Notes under the pieces: model-generated
Database searches by the model: none
Told to the model about the DNA's origin: nothing
What the model saw: the letters and a program-made list of their open reading frames with translations, nothing else
Shown here: in pieces, positions 54,459 to 64,000 of the stretch
Position numbering within the stretch: position 1 is the first letter of the stretch
How the letters are laid out: the number at the start of each line of letters is the position of its first letter
NCBI GenBank assembly: GCA_964016885.1
Contig: OZ024743.1
Coordinates: forward strand, 197,842,001-197,906,000
DNA from: Eledone cirrhosa
Taxonomy: Eukaryota
Direction: 5' to 3'
DNA: 64,000 nucleotides
Translations under genes and position numbers: made by a program

Positions 54459-54527
54459 ATTTTATTATGCGCATTTCAAATACAAATATCATCATGGGAA
54501 TATATTTGCGTTCTCATCAGATAAAAT
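54459..54527 (-). ncRNA. Type I hammerhead ribozyme
   Basis: Reverse complement: attttat CTGATGA gaacgcaaatat...atatttgtattt GAAA tgcgca TA ataaaat. Confidence 0.88.
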
Positions 54528-54633
54528 AGGGAGACATGATATGAAGCTTAAAATACACTTGCGAGCAATGAAGTGTTAAATCAACTTATCCGATATTTGC
54601 ATTACTTTATTGTGCTACAATAAAATTCACCTC

Positions 54634-54679
<46 letters not shown>

Positions 54680-54916
54680 GAAATAAATATACACGGGTGT
54701 GTATGATTGTGTATAGAAGATTATATTAAAAGGAATTCCAACTTTGTCTGATTTACTCGTTTTATTTACAATCCTTTAACATTATAATGCTATTATAATG
54801 AAATAGTATGGTAGAATATTAAATATTAAGTGTTAATTGAACAAGTACTTTCATGCTTTCGCAATTTTCAGGTTCATATTCAGTGGTGACAGTCAAGTTT
54901 GCAATTTTCAACTGCA

Positions 54917-55019
<103 letters not shown>

Positions 55020-55789
55020 GGGAGTGTAACTTGGGGTTACTGTAGGTTCACCCGGGTAGGCACTCGATGTTTAGGTTCACTTCTGTGTCGTGGTGTAGAG
55101 CTAGACAGAGTGTATTATAGTAAAATAAAATAAAATAAAATAAGGCCAATTCGTTACTCCTTCATTACGTTTATTGGTTGATGACGCGCTTTTTTATTTT
55201 TCCATTACCATTGTAAGGGGTTTGACGAGCCGCGTATTACAGAGTCGGGCTAGATCGATACAGATCGAGCCTTGAGCTGATCAGTGGCGAAACGCGCGTG
55301 ACCAACCAATAAACGTAATGAAGTAGTAACCAATTGTCGTAGCTCCACTGAAGAGGACACTGCAGCATCACCGCAATGTTCCGACGCAACACGGGAAACC
55401 ACTGATGGGTTGAGTTGTTCAGTCACTCACGCAAGTGCAACCGCTGAGACCCACGTGGAGCTACTCCATCGTCTTGCGAAGACGGACGGATGCCGACAAC
55501 GACGATATGCATATAATATTAATAATATTATAGTGAGTAAAATCAAAGTTGCAGCTAATGCAGCATCTCTCGAAAGAACGATCCTCAGAGCTGGCACAAG
55601 CACTCGATAAGATGATATCGATAAATTGATAAATTAAATCTTAGAGCAATAAACATACTTTAAAAGTGTGACAAATTGGAAACTGGCTAGGTAAAAGAAT
55701 GCCGCAACCTCCACTACAACAACGAAAATACAAACAGGTTAATACGAACCTGGAACTCGTCGATAGATATTTTATAAAATATCTTCGAC

Positions 55790-55838
<49 letters not shown>

Positions 55839-56255
55839 AATAAATATAAATATGTCTATGCATATATATATATATGTATTTATAAATGTGTGTGAGTGTG
55901 TGCCTGTGTCTGTGTATGTACTTATGTGAGTGTGTGTGAGAGTAAATGACTGTTTATATGTATTTAAAGTACAGTAAGTATACCATTAAATTTACACCAT
56001 GGTGAGTATTCAATGATATAGTTACAGAAATATCAATACACATATACTTCCAAGTTATATACACTCCCTTCAAGTAAGCATTTAACAGTTTAGTATTTCT
56101 ACACGGAGAACCATAAAGCACTTTCAATATATACATACATGCACACCCCTACACTAGCATGAGCATGCACACAATATATGCGTGTTTTAATATATACATA
56201 CATCGAGTGCTCCCTTTGGTGAACCTACAGTAACTTGATGTTAGAATCCCTAGAC

Positions 56256-56327
<72 letters not shown>

Positions 56328-57105
56328 TATGTATATATATATATATATATATTTATATATTAGGGTGTTTTTTCTTTTCTCCCAATGTCAGTTTACATAT
56401 GTGTGCGTGTGTATGTGTGCGGGTGTGTGTGGTGTATGTATGTGTAATACATGTATATGTGTACGTGTATGTATTAAATAAACAAAGAAATGAAAAAGGT
56501 TATGTAAATGCAACCTAACTCTGCGGGAATTGAACCAAACCACATTTAGATATGAACAAAATTTTCAGTCCACTTCACCAAATATTTGTTTGTATATGGT
56601 TGATAAACTCATTACGTGTTGTGTCTCACGTCGTTGGACACGACCAACGAAATACCATCAAGCTAGCATAAGTCTTTTACGGTATGTCTGTGGAATCGGC
56701 TAAATAAAGCACCCACACTGTTTTTGAAACTATTTAAAAAAACAATATGTATCAGATAACCCTAGCGACCTACCCTAACCTCACCTATGATCATGAATCT
56801 TGGGTAAGGACCGTGAATACGATCGTGATTGCAAGCAGCCGAAAAAAGATTCTTCCGAAGTGTCTTTGCAGTAGAGTTACTTGATAAGGTACGGAGAGAG
56901 TCACTACTTTTCCAAGTCGAAAGATCACAGTTCCGATGCTAAGAACATTTGGTTAGAATGTCTCATATATTTATCTCTGTATGGACCTATACTTCTTAAT
57001 GAAGTCATAGGGGTTCTGCAATGAATACAGCGTGTCTTGACCACATTAAACCTGACTGAGTCCCTCTCCACTCCAGGTCGGATCACTGCCGATTTCCTCC
57101 ATAGA

Positions 57106-57163
<58 letters not shown>

Positions 57164-57199
57164 TAGATAGAAATAGAGAGAGAGAGAGTGAGTGAGTGA

Positions 57200-57251
<52 letters not shown>

Positions 57252-57852
57252 GTGAAAGGTTTTTTTCACTTTCTACTTTTAGAGAAAAAAAGCGCCCACA
57301 GACCTCGAGAGGATAACAGGCAAAGTTGATCTTGGCACGATTTTAAATCAGAGAGCGCAGAACCGGAACACATACCACAAAGCATTCTATCCAACATTCT
57401 AACGATTCTACCAATACACCGCCTCAGCCTATATAAGAAATCGTTATTATTTTTCACATATTCAGAAGTTCTCTTTGAAACAATATAAATGTTGCAGTAT
57501 CTGTAAATATATACAATGCAAAACAAAATTATGGAGTATCGTCGATAAAGACCCGTTATTCTCCAATGACCTAAGAAACTGCAGAGTTTCTCTCGCTATA
57601 AAGTTGCGAATATCAATTGTTCGGAGATTAGAGATATTATCAAACGGTTATCATTAAACACGTTCACTTTTTTTATAGGCATACACACTTATACAGCCAT
57701 ACGCACAGATACACACAGAAATCCACATCAAGTTATCTTCTCTCTTCTGGATTTACGTTTTTCTGTTGCATCCTTTTCTCTTCTCAGTAGCCCATGCATT
57801 TTAGTGGCATTTTTTGTTGTCTTGCTTCGGATGAGTAAACTAAAAGAATTGT

Positions 57853-58155
57853 ATGGCTCCGTAATTCCTGATAGAGTCTCACAGGCGCCGTATTGACATA
57901 AGGCGTTTCTTGGTGGAGCCCATCCCTCCCCAGGGCTCTCCAGTAGATTTCTTCCAGAGAAAGATAGACAGTGAGAGAGAGAAAGTGAGACAGATATACA
58001 GAGGAAGGAACAACCCCAGTACTAATCTGGTACTTTTTTTTATCGGCTTCGAAAGTTGACCTCGGCAGGATTTGAACTCAGAGAGCAGAGAGCTGGAACA
58101 AATACCATAAAGCATTCTATCCGACGTTCTAACGACTCTGTCAATTCGCCGCCTA
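57853..58155 (-). mobile_element. SINE with alternative long tail
   Basis: Homologous to 46825-47136. Confidence 0.7.
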
Positions 58156-58710
58156 TAAATGAAATGAAAAAAAAAAGTTTATCAAATCTTATTCACATTT
58201 ACATGCCGTGACAAGGTACATTTCCCTAACAGCATAGATGTTCAACCAACAATATTTCTAAACTACCACATATTAGTTCATGTAAATGTTTTAACTGATT
58301 AGTATTAGCCTAATTGGTACGTTGTAACCAGTGTTTTAGTCATTTACCAAATATTGCCTGACTGACCCAGCGTGTAACTCATGAGCGTAAAACTATGAAT
58401 GGCAATGGAGTAAATCACCATTAATTTATAATAAATATCAACCCTAGATCGCGTACTGAGTGCAATATTTTTGGTTCTGTATTGATACATACATATATAC
58501 ATACATATATACCTCCACACATACACGTATATATATATACATTGATGCTTGCATTTCTCTCTCTCACCCATTCTTCCTCTCTCTCTTCATATATATACAT
58601 ACACACACATGTATATATACATATATACATATACTACTACCTATCCACTGAATTATTTTTTAATAAGTTTCCAGTGTCCTCGCTTTGCCTGGAAACTTAC
58701 ATGAGAATAG

Positions 58711-58793
58711 ACTTTCCTGACGACGGAATGCTTCTCTATATTATTCTTCGGAAAATATATTTACTCCATTCCAGAAACTAATTAGTTGGAAGT
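58711..58793 (+). ncRNA. Type I hammerhead ribozyme
   Basis: actttc CTGACGA c ggaatg...cattcc a GAAA ctaattag TT ggaagt. Confidence 0.85.
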
Positions 58794-58874
58794 GATATTT
58801 TAGTAAGTAAGTTAATTTTATAATTTTCTTATTTTACGTCTCTTATATATACATATATATATATACATACACAT

Positions 58875-58923
<49 letters not shown>

Positions 58924-59058
58924 CAAAGGGATATTTAATTTGTTGATAATTCAACAAATATATATATTTATAACAGATTCGAAGCACTCGACAGGTTTCT
59001 GGAGTATAATATCAATGATATTAAAAAATGGAAACTATATTTATAAAACCATATTTAT

Positions 59059-59113
59059 TCTATTATATATATTTCAAGGGTACCAAAACTTTTGTATGCC
59101 CTCATCAGATAAA
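59059..59113 (-). ncRNA. Type I hammerhead ribozyme in an inverted-repeat element
   Basis: Reverse complement: tttat CTGATGA ggg...ccc tt GAAA tatata TA ataga. The mirror copy at about 59181-59235 has a broken core. Confidence 0.7.
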
Positions 59114-59436
59114 GCTGAAACTTGGACTGGTAAGGTCTAATTGATGGATATGTCAATATTTATAAAACAAACTTTGTATTTTATCTTTTGAGGGCGTACC
59201 AAAGTTTTGGTACCCTTGAAATATATATAATATAATAAATATGGTTTAATAAATATAGTCTCCATTTATTAATATCACTGATATATATATATATATATAC
59301 GTGTGTGTGTGTGTTCTATGTATCTAACTCTTTATATATATGTGAGCGCATGTAAGGAACAACTTCGCCTATATATATAAACATATAAATATATATATAA
59401 ATATATATAAATATATATAAATATAAATATATATAA

Positions 59437-59467
<31 letters not shown>

Positions 59468-60243
59468 CAATATTAACAAATGGAAACTATATTTATAAAA
59501 CCATATTTATTTCATTATACATATTTCAAGGACACCAAGTTAAATTATGGTGTGCTTTCATCATATAAAATATAATATAGAGCAGTTTTATAAATAAATA
59601 TTGACATACCCTTAAAGAATGCAACCATTACTGTTGGAAGCTCCCGGATAGTTAATATTTGTTAATATTTGTTAATATCGTATTTTTACGCCAATTATTT
59701 GTTGAGTGCTTTATATCAGTTATAAAAATATTTGCTTGTTATATCCCAACAATTTAAATAGAACTTTTACATATATATATATTTGCCTCCATCATGGAAT
59801 CATGGATCAACTAAGCACTCTTGCTATATTAACACATTTTGATCTGTTTAACTTCAAGAACTATGCCTGTAAATAACATTATTTTTTCTTCCACATCGAC
59901 TTTTTATGCTCTACATTATGTCCGTTTTCTTCTTTTTTCTTTTTTGTTTTCACTTCTTTTTTCTTTGCACCTTCTCTTTAACAAGTGTGACACCACACTA
60001 ATACATTTCACTATCATTTGATAATGCATAAAAACGCTGAAACCGGTAATAGACAATTATTAAATATATAAATAGATAAATAAATGCCATTGTTAAATAA
60101 TAAATAAATCAACTAATACCTTAACACTTCACACAAAGTAAAATATTTCGTTTTAATCATTTTCTAACCCAGAAAAGAGAGAGAGAGAAATAAAAAAGGG
60201 AAAAAATATATTGTTCTTCCTAATAATCGTCTCTTTCTTCCTG

Positions 60244-60310
<67 letters not shown>

Positions 60311-60313
60311 CTA

Positions 60314-60347
<34 letters not shown>

Positions 60348-60382
60348 GTATAATATATATATATATATGTATATATATAATG

Positions 60383-60466
<84 letters not shown>

Positions 60467-61735
60467 TATAGATATATATGCCCTAAGCACATACACTGGT
60501 CAGTTGGAGACGCAGGACATGGCAGCGATAATGAGGGATAGAGACCGCTGGAGAGAACTCGTCCATGGATCTCGGGAATTTTACCCGCCTTAGATAGATA
60601 GATATATGTATCTATCTATCTTTCTATATATATGTGTGTGTATGTATAGGTGTGTGTGTGTATACATTAGCATGTTTGTTTATATTCATGTGTGAACTGG
60701 ATTCATTTATAGTTACTTTTCTCCTTCTGTTATTTTCTCAACAATATATTATTGACATTGACACGAGTGTCGTCAGAACCGTCAGATCCGCCAGTCTCTC
60801 CTATAGTATTTATAGCCTCATTACGATTAACCTTCATTTACGCATTAACCTGCTGTTAACCCTTATGAACCTCTGATGAAAACAGTGACCCGCAACTGAA
60901 CCATGGAAAACAGTTGCAGACATAGAGTTTTGTGAGTTTTGTGAGTTCACGACTGGAAGGTCAAGGTATCAATAGGTGAGAAACTTGTACTGATCTGATC
61001 TGATCTCTAACCTAACGAGGAGATAGAAGTACTTGTGCTTTCTTTTCTCGTGACTCGCCAATATGTTTCGAAATGGATATCAGCTGAACAATAAATAATC
61101 GGTTAGATTTCATTAGACGTTGTAGTAGCTGCTTTTGTTGTTGTCGTTCTAGTTCTTGTTGTTGTCATTGATATTGTTGCTGATGTGTTGGTGGAGGTGG
61201 TGATGGTGGCGGTAAAGGCTGTCTTTCTGTACAAAACACAGAAAGAGAGAGGGAAACTGAGACCTTATTCCTGTAATATATATATACTGTATATATATAT
61301 GTATGTGTGTATGAAGCATATATATACACACAGACACACACACACAAACACACACACACACACATACACACACACACACACATACACACACATATATATA
61401 TATATATGTATATACTCACATTCATACTGACTGATACACATGCATTCACGCACGCACGCGCCCACACGCATACACGCACACGCACACACACCCACACCCA
61501 CACCCACACACACATTTATATATATAGGGTGACTGATTATTTTTAAGTTTCTCCTACGTTGTTGTGTTGTCATAATTGTAGTAAGAGATAAGTCAACACC
61601 GGCAAGACTTAGACGTAAATAATTCCCAATAACATCAATTATTATAGTATCTTATATACTACGTACGAGTCCTTAATTCAGTGATGCTTTACTGTATTTA
61701 TCAAACAAATCCATAGAAGAAACCTTTATATATGG

Positions 61736-61949
61736 TTTCTTATATAGGTACAAGGCCAGCAATTTTGGCGAAGGGGAAGTCGATTAAATCGACCCCAATA
61801 CGTGACTGGTATTTTATTTTATCGACCCCATAAGGATGAACGGCAAAGTTAACCTCGGTGGGATTTGAACTCAGATCATAAAGGGCCGTAACTCTATGCT
61901 GCAAAGCATGGCGTCCGACCTTCTACCGATACTGCCAATCCACCGCCCT
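61736..61949 (-). mobile_element. SINE family 1 (longer-tail variant)
   Basis: Head, core and an extra GGGGTCGATTTAATCGAC segment. Confidence 0.85.
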
Positions 61950-62205
61950 ACAAGCCTTTATATATGAACATACATCAAAGTGAATAGTAAAATCCCCTCT
62001 TAGAAAAGTATTTTGATTCTCTTCCATAAACGATTTGTTCCACAAACAAAACACTGTATAAAGAAATCCATACAATAAAAAATATACAAATTAACAGCGT
62101 TTATTCGAATAGAGGTTTAGATGAAATCGTAGATCAGTATATACATAAATATAATGTTATATATACATCAGACATTGCATATATTAACAATACATATTAA
62201 CAATG

Positions 62206-62280
62206 TACAGAGTGTCCCCCAAAAATGTATACATACATCAACAGCATTTAATAAATATAAGTATACATTTTGGGGGGACA
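62206..62280. mobile_element. Small MITE-like inverted repeat
   Basis: TGTCCCCCAAAAATGTATAC / GTATACATTTTGGGGGGACA. A similar decayed element lies at about 5466-5560. Confidence 0.5.
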
Positions 62281-62954
62281 TTTTGGGAAAAACAACAACC
62301 CATTATGAACACCATGGCATGTAAATCTGAGAAAATGTCACATATTAGGTACTCTCAGGTTTTCAGTAATAATCCCACCTAACGCTTATTAGTTTTTCAG
62401 ATTTTTTCCAACTTATCCCCGCTTTTATCACCCTCCTGCTTAGTAAATTTTACTAATATATCTCCAGCGAAATTTTGTTGTAAGTGATTCTTATCGATAC
62501 AGTAGGTGAAGAATCTAATAATAATTTTATTATACATTAAAAAACAACATTATATATGACAAAGAAAAAATAACATTACAAGAAATCCCATATTTATTAG
62601 CTTACACTATACAATTACCGATTTCCCAGCCCCTCGATATTCCGACCCCGCCCTACTTTTAAGAATTTAAGCAAAAATCTACCCACCACCCGCTTATTCT
62701 AAACCCACCTATGAGTATATAATTTATATAAATGGAAGTTGAAGACTTCACGGCTACAACTGTTACATGGGCCATACAAGTTCAACGGACTTACTATGGA
62801 TCCTCAATAAGGAGCAATTGCAACTAGATACGCTGGACACGACAAAAACAAAGCTAGTTAGAAAAATATTAGCAGACAACGTTTCAATATTATATAGAAT
62901 CACCCAACTACGTAAAAAAATCAACAAAAAAATTCGAAACGACAGGAGGTAAAT

Positions 62955-63215
62955 CATGCAGCGACACATTCTCTAGTGGCAAGCTTTTGCAGTCTGCGAC
63001 TAACCCAGACTCTGCTGCACTTCGAGCCGAGGAGGTCAAACTCTCCATATATCGGTCTCTCTCCGACAGGTTTGCGGTCGAGCCCGTATCAGTGGAGACG
63101 TCTGGTGTCCTTGGCCCTACGGCCACCTCCTTGGCTACCTGCAGGTGTGAGTATCGCGAGCTGGAATGTCAACCTCACCATCCTCCTGGGAAACGCGTTC
63201 TCTATTCTTTCACGC
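62955..63215 (+). mobile_element. CRE-like retrotransposon fragment
   Basis: QSATNPDSAALRAEEVKLSIYRSLSDRFAVEPVSVETSGVLGP, homologous to 7237-7500. Confidence 0.75.
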
Positions 63216-64000
63216 TAATTTCATTATCATGTTGTTCCGGTGATCGAACAACTGGTACATTCATCGTCGAAACTGAAGAGGGACCATTCCATGTTGTTCT
63301 GCGTATATCGTTCTTATGACAAATGGATAGATATAAGTGGATGAACATGAAGATATAAAAGGTTTTACGTAATTCGCAATGGAGCTTTAGAAGCGCCGTC
63401 GTGACATATGGCATGATTTGGACATTTTAAAACTGACATACCCCATCTCCTCTCCAGTTGGGAACAACGAGAGACAGAGAAAGAGATTCAGAGAAAGGAA
63501 GTCAGAAAGAGAGAGATAAAGATAGAGACAGATAGAGAAAAAGCGATATGCATTTATATATATATGGTGTTATTAAATTAGACATGGCCTGGGACAATAC
63601 TGGCCGAAATCTATAATATATATATATAGAGAGAGAGAGGGAGAGAGGGAGAGAGGGAGAGATGGAGAGAGGGAGAGTGATAGAGAGAGAAAGAGAGCGA
63701 GAGAGATGGAGAAAATTGACCATAGTACTAGGCTCGTATTTCTTTTATCAACCCCGAAATGCTGAAATGATGAAAGGCAAAGTTGATCTCAACTGAATTC
63801 GAACTGCAAAGTATTCTGTCCGACATTCTAACGACTCTGCCATTTGTCTGACTTATATAAATATATAAATGTGTAAATGGGTGCATGTGTCATTGTGAAT
63901 GGTACCATCACTTGTTAATAATTGTGTAAAAAAGAAACAACAGATCAGTAAATATGTGTTAATGTTTGCATGTTATCTGTGTTTATCTGAGAGTGCGTGA

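Noticed and set aside
60867-60950. CTGATGA at 60873 (also 10517, 14445, 40683 and 63273) as hammerheads
   Set aside because: No correctly placed GAAA/NUH with a complementary stem I.

Overview
AT-rich, microsatellite-saturated animal DNA; the repeat content suggests a coleoid cephalopod such as Octopus (inference). No host protein-coding gene is confidently visible, and nearly all short ORFs in the track are translated microsatellites. Main contents: (1) a head-to-tail stack of four Tx1/L1-clade non-LTR retrotransposons (15203-26880), each bounded by (TATC)n. One is full-length with an intact zinc-knuckle ORF1 and an APE-RT ORF2. (2) About 19 hammerhead-ribozyme (HHR) motifs with intact CUGANGA/GAAA cores plus several decayed ones, found by eye and belonging to about ten unrelated sequence families. 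Most abut (TA)n and many sit in fold-back pairs. They include a 310-bp tandem array with one HHR per unit that inverts in the middle (11131-12964) and a 481-bp 1.5-mer (13414-14135), both retrozyme-like or Penelope pLTR-like. (3) A Penelope-like GIY-YIG remnant, three CRE-like endonuclease fragments and many tRNA-derived SINEs. Coordinates were read by hand, so boundaries may be off by a few bases.
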